Below, piece after piece: positions 52,297 through 61,433 of a stretch of 64,000 bases of DNA. Source of the DNA: an uncultured bacterium (lineage in GTDB: Bacteria > Krumholzibacteriota > Krumholzibacteriia > WVZY01 > JAKEHA01); NCBI GenBank assembly GCA_964560355.1, contig CAZLLI010000001.1:834-64833 (forward strand). The letters are read 5' to 3'. The notes under the pieces were generated by a model that worked only from the letters and a program-made list of their open reading frames with translations, was not told the origin of the DNA and made no database searches. The position numbers and the translations under genes were made by a program. Each line of letters begins with the position of its first letter. The stretch's first letter is position 1.

Positions 52297-55221
52297 TCAC
52301 TTCAGCAGCACCATCTTGCGCGTGAGTCGCTCGCCGCCTACGTCGAGCACGTAGAAGTAAACGCCACTCGACACCGAGCGGCCACCACCGTCCCTTCCAT
52401 CCCACACAGCGTTGTGTGCACCCGCTGGCACGTTCTCATCCACCAACTTGCGCACCATGCGCCCGGCCGCGTCCATCACGAGCAATCTGACGCGCGCCGG
52501 TGCAGGTATGTCGAACGGGATCGTCGTCTGGGGATTGAACGGGTTCGGGTGGTTCTGACCGAGCGCCAGTGCCACCTGCGCCGTCGTTACGGTGACCGAT
52601 TGCGAGCGGAACTCGCCGCCGGCCTGAGTGCGAACGACCAGCTCGTAGTGATAGGTCGTGCCCGGCAGCACCGCGCGATCGACGTAAGAGCGCGTGCCGA
52701 CGTCGACGCCCTCCACGATTGCGACCGGCTTCGCCGCCCCCACGTCGTGACGGTAGACCGTGTAGCCCGCGATGGGTTCGTCGCTCGCGTAATCCCAGCG
52801 CACTTCAACATCAGAGCCGCTGCGAACGGCTTCGAAGCGCGAGATCAAAACAGGAGTCGGCGGGGCGCTCGGAACGATGATAAATGTGACCGGTTCGGCG
52901 CCCGCGAGATCGTCGATGCACGAGCTTATGGTCGCCGTGCCCGCGCGGTCGTCCGTCAGGTCGAAGTAAAGCAGCAGCATCAGCACGAAGTTCTCCGCGG
53001 GCGCTCCCGAGAGCGAGTAGCCGCCGACGCGTCCGAAGAATCCCGGGAAGGGGATAGCCAAACTTTGTAACCGGGCGAAACCGATTGTCGCACCGGCATT
53101 GACAGCGCCTTGAAACACCGCGTTACCACTGAGGTCGAGTTGGAAACCCAGCGCCTCGAGCGAGGCAACACCCGAGACGAAGACCGGCGCAACCACGAAT
53201 TGGCCCTCCGAATACGTCGTCCCCACGTAGAGTGTCGGCACCAGCACCGCCGCGTGGTCGATCTCGACGGCGCTCGCGGCCGACGCGCCAACACAAAACG
53301 CGCAGGAACCGTCGAGCACGTGCTTGTGGATACAGCGGGCGTCGCGCGGGGTCACGGAAGCATTGCAGTCGACATCGGCGCGTTGGGCTGAATACCCTGG
53401 GCAGCCGGAGCCGCCATAGACGTACCCGCCTAACGCGCAGGACGCATCATCTAACGTGATCGAATTGTCTCCATTCACATCGCCTTTGCCGGGTGCTGGT
53501 AACGTGGTGAACGACCACGTTGGGCCGTCGGTCGTCAGCAAACCGTCCGACGCGACCACTTTCCACAAGTACGTGGTGAGCGGTGCCAGCCCGCCCGGCA
53601 TCACGCCGTGCGACGTCGTCAGGCCCGTCGCGATGAGGGTCAGCGGTGCGACGGTCCCGAAATACAAGTCGTAACTGACGGGATCGGCATCGGGGTCGCT
53701 ACCCACCCAATGCACCGTGCCCAACCCCGCGGGGACCGGGATGGTCCCACCGTCGGGGGGAGTGGGAAACGCAGGAACCGACGGTGCCGCGTTGAACAAC
53801 CGCGTTTGGAACGACCAGATCGGGCCGGCCGTCGTCAATCCGGCGGGATCGCGCGCCACCACATACCAATAATACGTGGTGCCCAAGGCGAGGAGTCCCG
53901 TCGGGAATACCCCCGCCGACAAGTTGTCACTGACCAACGGCGGAGGAGTCGTCGTGCCGAAGTACACGTCATAACGGAGCGCGTCTCCATCGGGATCGCT
54001 GCCACCCCAGGTCAGCGTCAGGCCAGCAAATGGGTGATCCACGCTTCCATCGGGCGGAGTGGGGCTGGTCGGTGGGTTGGGCGGTCGGTTCGCAAAGCTT
54101 CTGGTCGTAAATCTCCATGTGGGTCCCGAGACTACATTGAGTCCGTCCGTAACCACGATACGCCAGAAATACTCCGTCGCTGTCGCGAGCGGCCCCGGCG
54201 AGTACGTCATGGCAGTTTGGTTGTCCGACACGAGGGGCGGCGGATCCGACGTGCCGAAATACACGTCGAAGCCGACGGCGTCGCCATCGGGGTCCTCGCC
54301 GACCCACGTGAGCGTTGGACTCAGTATTACGTTATTCTCGAAATCAGGCGGTTGTGGACTGTCTACTATGTAGGGCGGCGAATTCCCTCCCGAAGCCCTC
54401 GTGGCGAATGTCCACGTTGGCCCCGATGTCTCGAGTCCCTGCTCGTCGCGGGCGACTACGCGCCAGTAGTGCAGCGTGTTGGCAGCCAACTGTGGCGAAA
54501 AGTAATTCGCAGACGGGAGACCGGACGCGACCAACGGGGGCGACGGCGTCGTCCCCAAGTAGATATCGTACTCCGACAGATTGCCGTCGATATCGGACGC
54601 GTACCAACTCATGATCGGAGTCCGGCTGATCCCCGACGTCAGGTCTTGCGGAATGGGATTGGACGCCATCGAGGGGGCGCTATTTCCGGCACACTGGCAC
54701 GACGCGTCCGCGTTCATGTGGCTGGTGACGCCCGCGATGGGAAGGTCTTGGAACGCGCAGTCGCTCGCGGACAGCGTCCCCAGCGCGGGGTCGGGGATGA
54801 TCGGATAGGGGCAGCACGACGCGGTCGCGCCGCCGGTTTGGTAGTAGACGATCTGCAGCACGTTGACGGGATCGTCGACGCACTGCGAGAGCGCGACCGA
54901 CACGCCGGTCTGCGAATTCCCGAGTACGAGCGCGGCGCTGGCCGCTTGGTCGTAGAGATAGGTGGCGCCGTAGCACGCGGGTAGTGGTGCGGCGAATTGG
55001 ACCGCGGTGACGCCGCGCGGGTCGGGACGAACGACGACGTACGCGGTGACGTAGCCGGGCGCGTCGCCGCTGAACGAGCACGAGTTCCCGGACGCGTCGC
55101 TATAGAGGCCGATGGAAGCGTTCTGCGCGCGGGCGGACGTCGCCGCCATGCAAATCGAAAGGAGAAGTGCCGCCCGAACGAGTCGCGCGGCGAAACCGCG
55201 TGGCCAGAAGAACTCCGGCAT
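52297..55221 (-). CDS. giant secreted T9SS-cargo protein (paralog 2)
   Basis: The first ~175 aa are identical to paralog 1 (DNA duplication). It diverges afterwards, with about 5 FN3-like repeats, a dockerin-like GDVNGDNSITLDDASCA…ADVDCNASVTPRDARC and the CTD …NHPNPFNPQTTIPFDIP…SGVYFYVLDVGGERLTRKMVLLK. Confidence 0.85.
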   Translation of the reverse strand: MPEFFWPRGFAARLVRAALLLSICMAATSARAQNASIGLYSDASGNSCSFSGDAPGYVTAYVVVRPDPRGVTAVQFAAPLPACYGATYLYDQAASAALVLGNSQTGVSVALSQCVDDPVNVLQIVYYQTGGATASCCPYPIIPDPALGTLSASDCAFQDLPIAGVTSHMNADASCQCAGNSAPSMASNPIPQDLTSGISRTPIMSWYASDIDGNLSEYDIYLGTTPSPPLVASGLPSANYFSPQLAANTLHYWRVVARDEQGLETSGPTWTFATRASGGNSPPYIVDSPQPPDFENNVILSPTLTWVGEDPDGDAVGFDVYFGTSDPPPLVSDNQTAMTYSPGPLATATEYFWRIVVTDGLNVVSGPTWRFTTRSFANRPPNPPTSPTPPDGSVDHPFAGLTLTWGGSDPDGDALRYDVYFGTTTPPPLVSDNLSAGVFPTGLLALGTTYYWYVVARDPAGLTTAGPIWSFQTRLFNAAPSVPAFPTPPDGGTIPVPAGLGTVHWVGSDPDADPVSYDLYFGTVAPLTLIATGLTTSHGVMPGGLAPLTTYLWKVVASDGLLTTDGPTWSFTTLPAPGKGDVNGDNSITLDDASCALGGYVYGGSGCPGYSAQRADVDCNASVTPRDARCIHKHVLDGSCAFCVGASAASAVEIDHAAVLVPTLYVGTTYSEGQFVVAPVFVSGVASLEALGFQLDLSGNAVFQGAVNAGATIGFARLQSLAIPFPGFFGRVGGYSLSGAPAENFVLMLLLYFDLTDDRAGTATISSCIDDLAGAEPVTFIIVPSAPPTPVLISRFEAVRSGSDVEVRWDYASDEPIAGYTVYRHDVGAAKPVAIVEGVDVGTRSYVDRAVLPGTTYHYELVVRTQAGGEFRSQSVTVTTAQVALALGQNHPNPFNPQTTIPFDIPAPARVRLLVMDAAGRMVRKLVDENVPAGAHNAVWDGRDGGGRSVSSGVYFYVLDVGGERLTRKMVLLK

Positions 55222-55293
55222 GGGTATCCGACGCCGGGTTGGAACTGTGGCGTCGCAAGGAAGTGTACACCGCGCGCTAAAGCGCCGTCAATC
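54700..55293. repeat. about 0.6-kb direct repeat, copy B
   Basis: Partner of 51700..52293. It covers the 5' end of paralog 2 (the antisense ORFs 54680..55081 and 51272..52081 in the track share an identical 108-aa prefix). Confidence 0.85.
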
Positions 55294-56772
55294 GCCGTCT
55301 TCGGTGGTGTCGCTCATCTCGGTGACGAAGGGCGGCGGCAGCATGGATTCCACGCAGGAGGCGTCGAGACCCACCGTAGTGCCGGCGTCGAGAAAGGCGA
55401 GAATGAGCGCGTCGTAGCACTCCATGTTGGCGACGCCGTCGGGATAGTGACCCAAGTAGTCGATCACCACCACGCGGCTGTCGGAGAGCCGCGACGAGAC
55501 CTCCTGCGCCCACACCATCGGCGTCACGTAGTCCATGCCGCCCGCGATCAGCAGGGTCGGGATCGACGCCGCCACCGGCGCGAGCGCGTCGTCGGAGAGC
55601 GCGACCGTCGGCCACAACTTGCACGCGCCCGCTTGCTGGTCGACCCGATAGCGCCCCAGGAACGTTCCCGCCGTTTCGCTCTCGATTTCGTCTTCGGAAA
55701 TTCGCTGCGTCGCTTCCGGGCACGTTACGCACAGGTACATTCCCTCCGCGAACGGAGATTCCCCGCTGTCGGGACTCACGATCGAGAAGAACGGCGCGAA
55801 GTCGCCTTGCGCGGCGTGGTGGACGATGTACGGCACCCCGCGCTGGTACTCCGTAGTAATGAGCAGCGTGCGCAGCGCTTCGAAGAACGGCCCGCGCTGG
55901 AGCGTCACCAGCCGCGTGTCCGAGGTGTCGGAGTAGACCGCGCCCTCGGAGCCGTCCGCGAAGGCGTCCAGCAACGCTTCCCAGTCGCTGCGGATCGACG
56001 GGAAGGCGTCGCCGCACAACGGATCGCGTTCGCAGTCGTCGATTAGTTTTTGCATGACCTCTTCGGACGCGCGCGCGTGGTGGAGCGGGAGCTTCTCGTC
56101 GATCGGCACCGTGCCCGTCAAGACCGCGCAGCGCACGTTCTGCGGGTACTCGCGCATGTACGTCTGCGCGACGATGGTGCCGTACGACAACCCGATGAGG
56201 TCGATCTTCTCGTAGCCCATCGCGAGTCGCACCGCTTCCAAGTCGCGCACCGCGGCCATCGTGGTGTACTGCGTGAGGTCGGCGATCTTCTCCAGCTCGT
56301 CGCGGCAGCGCTTGACCGCGTCCGGCGGATACATCTCGTCGAGCTTGGACGCGCGCTCGAGCTCGGGGCAGCGCAGCGGATTCGACTCACCCGTACCGCG
56401 CTGGTCGACCAGGACCACGTCGCGCGTCGCGCGATAGCCCGTGCTGTCTTGCGCGTACCACGACGCCGCGCTCGACGCCGCCATACCCGGCCCACCCGCG
56501 AGGTCGAAGAGCGGCGCGTCCTTGACCCCGTTCGTGAGCGCGGGAATCACGATCACGCGCAGCGCGATCGTGCGCCCGCCGGGCTGGTCGCGATTCTCGG
56601 GCACCACGAGCTTCCCGACCAGCACCGAGGCGCTGTCGATCAATGTCGGTTCGAGCGCGAGCGTGCGCGGACGCGGCACCGTGTGCATCTCCGGAACCGG
56701 CGCTTGCGCCATTGCCAAAGCCGCGAGCAGAAACAGTAACGCGACGAAGAAGGCCGTCCGTGTCGAAATCAT
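55288..56772 (-). CDS. secreted alpha/beta-hydrolase, S33-type (tripeptidyl/prolyl aminopeptidase-like)
   Basis: Signal peptide MISTRTAFFVALLFLLAALAMAQA. GLSYG nucleophile elbow. Length and Cys pattern resemble secreted tripeptidyl aminopeptidases. Confidence 0.75.
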   Translation of the reverse strand: MISTRTAFFVALLFLLAALAMAQAPVPEMHTVPRPRTLALEPTLIDSASVLVGKLVVPENRDQPGGRTIALRVIVIPALTNGVKDAPLFDLAGGPGMAASSAASWYAQDSTGYRATRDVVLVDQRGTGESNPLRCPELERASKLDEMYPPDAVKRCRDELEKIADLTQYTTMAAVRDLEAVRLAMGYEKIDLIGLSYGTIVAQTYMREYPQNVRCAVLTGTVPIDEKLPLHHARASEEVMQKLIDDCERDPLCGDAFPSIRSDWEALLDAFADGSEGAVYSDTSDTRLVTLQRGPFFEALRTLLITTEYQRGVPYIVHHAAQGDFAPFFSIVSPDSGESPFAEGMYLCVTCPEATQRISEDEIESETAGTFLGRYRVDQQAGACKLWPTVALSDDALAPVAASIPTLLIAGGMDYVTPMVWAQEVSSRLSDSRVVVIDYLGHYPDGVANMECYDALILAFLDAGTTVGLDASCVESMLPPPFVTEMSDTTEDGD

Positions 56773-56802
56773 CGGACGGCGACTATACCAGAGGCCGGCG
56801 CT

Positions 56803-57534
56803 TCAGCGGTACAGCGCTTTGATTCTTCCCCACGTCGAGGCTTCGACCGCGAGCGGCATGACGTAGAAGCGCCACACCAGGCTGCTGCTGTTGAAGGTCC
56901 CGTCCGACGCCACCACGCGCCAATAGTAGACGGTGTTCGCTTGCAGCGGGCCGACGTCGAAGAAGCGATCGCTGATCGCAGCCGCCACCTGCGGCGGCGG
57001 GTTGGTGGTGCCGAAGAGGACGCGGTAGGTAACGGGCTGAAGATCGGTGTCGCCCGACCGCCACCGCAGCGTGACGGTGGGAGGCGCGTACCCCAAGTTG
57101 GCCGGCGTTGGGTCGAAGGGCGGAATCGGCGGCGTGTTCTCTTTGGTGACGAACGACCACGTCGGGCTCGCGGCCTCGAGCCCGGCGGGATCGCGCGCGA
57201 CGACGCGCCAGTGATACGACGTGATGAACTCGAGCGTGGGCGGAATGTAGTAAGGCGTGGCGACGCCGGTCGCGACCAGCGGCGGATCGTCGCTCGCGCC
57301 GAAATAGATGTCGTAGGTGACGTTGTCGCCGTCGGGGTCGCCGCCGACCCAAGACACGGACGAGCCGATCATCTGCTCGGCCGCGCCGTCGAACGGTCGC
57401 GGGACCGACGGGACGTTGGGCGCCGTGTTGTCGGCGAAAGAGACTTGCGGCAGGAGCGCCGCGATCAGCGCGAGCGCGACGAACGCGACGCACCGATCAG
57501 CACGTCGTTCGTGTACGTATGCTGACATGCTCAT
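56803..57534 (-). CDS. small secreted protein with two FN3-like repeats, ending in STWGRIKALYR
   Basis: Signal peptide (…VAFVALALIAALLPQVSFA). Two repeats (DPDGDNVTYDIYFGASDDPPLVA…YHWRVVARD…; …VTYRVLFGTTNPPPQVA…YYWRVVASD…). It has no T9SS CTD; the C-terminal motif is shared with the 29568..30167 protein. Confidence 0.65.
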   Translation of the reverse strand: MSMSAYVHERRADRCVAFVALALIAALLPQVSFADNTAPNVPSVPRPFDGAAEQMIGSSVSWVGGDPDGDNVTYDIYFGASDDPPLVATGVATPYYIPPTLEFITSYHWRVVARDPAGLEAASPTWSFVTKENTPPIPPFDPTPANLGYAPPTVTLRWRSGDTDLQPVTYRVLFGTTNPPPQVAAAISDRFFDVGPLQANTVYYWRVVASDGTFNSSSLVWRFYVMPLAVEASTWGRIKALYR

Positions 57535-57591
57535 GCCTCCTCGGGCGCTGGAGTCAGAGCTACTACTCGACGCCGCGGGCGCGAGCGCGCC

Positions 57592-60500
57592 TCACTTGAG
57601 CAGCACGAGCTTCCTCGTCAACCGCTCGCCTCCGACATCGAGGACGTAGAAGTATACACCACTCGAGACGGCCGCACCGCGATCGTCCTTGCCCTGCCAC
57701 TCGACGCGATGCGAGCCCCCTCCCTGCTCCTCGTCGACCAGCGTCTTCACGAGGCGACCTGAAAGGTCGATTATGCGCAGGCGGACGCCCTCTCGTTCCG
57801 TCGAGGCTGGCAATTCGTACGTAATCGTGGTCCTCGGATTGAACGGGTTGGGGTAGTTCTGGTGCAGCGCAAGCTCCTGGGTCGCGGGCCGGACCTCGAC
57901 AGTCGGGCCCAAGTCTATGAATAGTTGTGGCGCGTCCATGAGATCGTCGACGAACCCGCTGATCAGGATATCGCCATTGATCCCGCGGCTCATGTCGAAA
58001 TAGAGCTCGATGAATTCCCCGGTGCCCGTGACCGCCGCACTCGCAAGGGTGTAGGCGCCGATCACGGACGTACCCAAACTCGGGGTGCGGACCTCGATGA
58101 TTTCGAAGTCGCTGGACGCACCCCGACGCGCGGCGCCGATCATCGGCATCTTGGCGTTCGACATTGAATAGAACCCGAACGCTTCTAGTGAAGGCACATT
58201 TGCCGCTGAAAGTCGCACGACGAGCGTGTCGGCACGCGTCGACGTTGAAGCGAGTGACACCACTGGCCACATGGCGGTCCGCTTTCCCCGCGCCGACGCA
58301 CCGGCGACGGCGCGATCGCAAAGTTCACACGAACCGTCGATCGCTGCCTTGTGGATACAACGCGCGTCGCGTGGCGTCACCGCGCCGCCACAGTCGACGT
58401 CGCCCACGGTGTACGCGGCAGCTCCGCCGCAATCCGGGTTCCATAGCGCGACGTCCATCGCGCATTGCGCGTCGGCGAGCGTCAACACTCCGTCCTGCAC
58501 CAGGTCACCGGGCTGCCGTACCACAAAATTCCAAAGTGACCCCGGCGTCGTCGCCACGCCGTCCGACACGTCCACGCGCCAGTAATAGGCGCGTCCTATT
58601 TCCAACCGACCAGGTGCGTACTGTGGTTCGGGCGTCGACGAAACTACCAGGGGCGGCGAAGATGTCCGGCCGAAGTACACCGCGTAGGTGAGAGACTGGC
58701 CATCGACATCGCTCGCGGTCCAGGTGAGCACAGGATACGACGGCCCCGACGCGCCGCCGTGCCACGGCCACGGACTCGACGCGGCGGTCGGCGGCGTGTT
58801 GGGCTTGGTCGTGAAGGACCAGGTCGGTCCCGACGCCGCGGCGCCGACGGTGTCGCGAGCAACGACGTGCCAGTAGTATCGCGTTGCCAACGCAAGTGCG
58901 CCCGGGCTGTACGTGCGATTGACGATCGATGTCGCGACAAGGGGCGGGACGTCGCCGGTACCGAAGTACACGTCGTAGGTCACGAGATCCCCATCGGGGT
59001 CACCGCTGCTCCATGAGAGATTGGCCGTGGGTGAAACCCCACTCGCACCGTCGGACGGCGATGGATACGACGGCACTGAGGGCGCTCGATTCGACGCGGC
59101 GGTCGTGAATGACCATTGGACTCCCGACGTGGAGTCGCCGTGCGCGTCCGTTGCGACGACGCGCCACTGATACCCGGTCGCGTACGCAAGCGTGGCGGGT
59201 TTGAACGAACGCGACACCAGGTTCGACGCGACGAGCGGCGGATTGGGCCCAGGTCCGAGGTACACGCGATACGTGATCGCGTCCAAGTCCGGATCACTGC
59301 AGCTCCACGTGAGCGTCGGATTGCGTGTGATATCGCTCGCACCGTTGACGGGCGACGGGCCGGCGGGTTCGCCGGGTGGGCTATTGCCCGGAATCGTTGT
59401 GAAGGTCCACAGCGGACCTAGCGTTGTGAGTCCGCCGGTGTCCCGCGCCAGCACGCGCCAGTAGTAGCGCATCCCGCGAACGAGGATCGGCGGCGCGTAG
59501 GACGGCGAGATGCGATTCGTCGCCACGAGCGGCGGATTCGGCGAGGTCCCCAGATAAACGTCGTAATAGAGAAACTGTCCCTCCGGATCACTCGCGCTCC
59601 ACGATAGGACGGGCCCCGCCGAGACGTTGGTCGCGCCGTCGGGGGGCGATGGATTCGCCGGGGGTGTTGGCGGACTGTTACCGGCCATCGTGTTGAATCG
59701 CCACGTTGGCCCCGACGTCGCAGCCCCCTTCGAATCGCGCGCCACGATGCGCCAGTAATAGCGCGTCGAGAATCCGAGCGCTCCGGGGGAGTACGTACTG
59801 GCGGCCACGTTGCTCGCCACCAATGGCGGAGTCACCGCCGTTCCGAAGTACACATCGAACTTGACCACGTCGGCGTCCGGGTCGGTGCCGGTCCATGCGA
59901 GCGTCTGGTCGACCGGTCGGTTTGTAGCCGCGTTCGCTGGGACTGGATTCGACGGCGCGTTGGGCGGAAGGTTGGACGGACGGGTCGTAAACGTCCACGT
60001 CGGTCCCGATGTCTCTGCTCCCGCCGGATCGCGCGCGACGATTCGCCAATAGTGCGGAGTCGAGAAGCTGAGCGTGTCGGGGTCGTAGGTGGCGGCCGGC
60101 CACGCGGTCACCACGAGCGGCGGCGGCGACACCGTCCCGAAGTACACATCGAAAGTAAGCGGATCGTTGTCGCGATCGCTTGCGGACCAGGACACTCTTT
60201 GGTCGATAGGACGGTTGGTAGCGTTGTTCGACGGAACCGGAGCGAGGGGAACGCTGGGCGGGTAATTGGCGGGGCGCGTGACGAAACTCCACACCGGTCC
60301 CGAGGTCTCGTGTGCCGCGATATCGCGGGCGACCACGCGCCAGTAGTATGTGACCGAGAATGTGAGCAGCGCGGGTGTGAAAGTAGAGATGGTCTGGTTT
60401 GCGGCGACCAACGGGGGCGACGATGCCGTGCCGAAGTACACGTCGTACATCAACGGGTCGCCGTCGATGTCGGCTCCTTGCCACGCCAAGGTCACGGCGA

Positions 60501-61368
60501 GCAGCACATCGGTCGCGGTGTTCGCGGGCGAAGGCTCGTACGGCGAGCTCGGCGGCGAATTAGCGGCGCGAGTGGTAAACGTCCAGGTAGGGCCGGATTC
60601 CTCGAGTCCGAAAGCGTCGCGGACGACGACACGCCAGTAGTGCTGCGTCAATTCGGCAAGCGGAGTCGACGGCGTGTAGTTCGCAGTTGCGAGGCCGGCC
60701 GCCGCAAGGGGAGGTGTCGTCGTTGTACCGAGGTAGACGTCGTAGCCCGCGATATTGTTGTCGAAATCCTGCGATGTCCACGTCATCAGCGGGATGACGC
60801 TGTGACTGGAAGTCTGATTCGCTGGCGACGGCGCCGAGGGCGGTATCGGCGGGCTGTTGCCGACGCACTCGCAGGTCGCATCCGCGTTGAAGTGCGCCAC
60901 GACACTCGTGGTCGGTATTTCGCTGTAGTCGCAACCGCTCGCCGCGATGCTCCCCATGGATGGGGCCGGTAGAATCGGGTACGGACAGCAAGACTGCGTC
61001 GACCCCGAACGCATGTAATTGATCCGCAGCACGCTCACGGGTTGCGTATAGCAGCTTTGCAACACAATCGAGACGCCGGTCTGCGAGTTCCCGAACTTCA
61101 TCATCCCCGGTGTGACCGTCTCTCCGACGTACACCGCCCCTAGACAGGCCGGCACTGGAGCTGAAAACTGCACGGTGTTGACGCCCGCGAAATCGGGGCG
61201 GAACACGACGTAGGCCGTGATGGGACCGGGGTTGTTTCCTGAGAAGCTGCAGGTGTTACCGGTGACATCGGTGTAAAGACCGATGTTGGCGCCCGCGGCG
61301 CGGGCAGGACGCGCCACGAGCATCGCGCATAGAAACGCGGCGGCCAGACAAGCGCACAGTACCCTCAT
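57592..61368 (-). CDS. giant secreted T9SS-cargo protein (paralog 3, about 9 FN3-like repeats)
   Basis: 1258 aa. Signal peptide MRVLCACLAAAFLCAMLVARPARA. The Cys-rich N-domain is about 50% identical to paralogs 1 and 2 (…GLYTDVTGNTCSFSG…CCPYPILP…DATCEC). It has about nine FN3-like repeats and a dockerin-like segment (…GDVDCGGAVTPRDARCIHK…). The CTD is …NYPNPFNPRTTITYELP…SGVYFYVLDVGGERLTRKLVLLK. Confidence 0.85.
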   Translation of the reverse strand: MRVLCACLAAAFLCAMLVARPARAAGANIGLYTDVTGNTCSFSGNNPGPITAYVVFRPDFAGVNTVQFSAPVPACLGAVYVGETVTPGMMKFGNSQTGVSIVLQSCYTQPVSVLRINYMRSGSTQSCCPYPILPAPSMGSIAASGCDYSEIPTTSVVAHFNADATCECVGNSPPIPPSAPSPANQTSSHSVIPLMTWTSQDFDNNIAGYDVYLGTTTTPPLAAAGLATANYTPSTPLAELTQHYWRVVVRDAFGLEESGPTWTFTTRAANSPPSSPYEPSPANTATDVLLAVTLAWQGADIDGDPLMYDVYFGTASSPPLVAANQTISTFTPALLTFSVTYYWRVVARDIAAHETSGPVWSFVTRPANYPPSVPLAPVPSNNATNRPIDQRVSWSASDRDNDPLTFDVYFGTVSPPPLVVTAWPAATYDPDTLSFSTPHYWRIVARDPAGAETSGPTWTFTTRPSNLPPNAPSNPVPANAATNRPVDQTLAWTGTDPDADVVKFDVYFGTAVTPPLVASNVAASTYSPGALGFSTRYYWRIVARDSKGAATSGPTWRFNTMAGNSPPTPPANPSPPDGATNVSAGPVLSWSASDPEGQFLYYDVYLGTSPNPPLVATNRISPSYAPPILVRGMRYYWRVLARDTGGLTTLGPLWTFTTIPGNSPPGEPAGPSPVNGASDITRNPTLTWSCSDPDLDAITYRVYLGPGPNPPLVASNLVSRSFKPATLAYATGYQWRVVATDAHGDSTSGVQWSFTTAASNRAPSVPSYPSPSDGASGVSPTANLSWSSGDPDGDLVTYDVYFGTGDVPPLVATSIVNRTYSPGALALATRYYWHVVARDTVGAAASGPTWSFTTKPNTPPTAASSPWPWHGGASGPSYPVLTWTASDVDGQSLTYAVYFGRTSSPPLVVSSTPEPQYAPGRLEIGRAYYWRVDVSDGVATTPGSLWNFVVRQPGDLVQDGVLTLADAQCAMDVALWNPDCGGAAAYTVGDVDCGGAVTPRDARCIHKAAIDGSCELCDRAVAGASARGKRTAMWPVVSLASTSTRADTLVVRLSAANVPSLEAFGFYSMSNAKMPMIGAARRGASSDFEIIEVRTPSLGTSVIGAYTLASAAVTGTGEFIELYFDMSRGINGDILISGFVDDLMDAPQLFIDLGPTVEVRPATQELALHQNYPNPFNPRTTITYELPASTEREGVRLRIIDLSGRLVKTLVDEEQGGGSHRVEWQGKDDRGAAVSSGVYFYVLDVGGERLTRKLVLLK

Positions 61369-61433
61369 GATAGGTGCCCCCTAAAGGAGTTGGCACCACA
61401 GGCTAGTGCGCCAATTCGTGCCCTAGCGGCTAA

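Noticed and set aside
49321-61368. Periodic approximately 285-bp repeats, considered as a CRISPR array or tandem DNA repeat
   Set aside because: The periodicity is at the protein level (FN3-like modules). DNA copies are diverged, and there are no short identical repeats with unique spacers and no cas genes.
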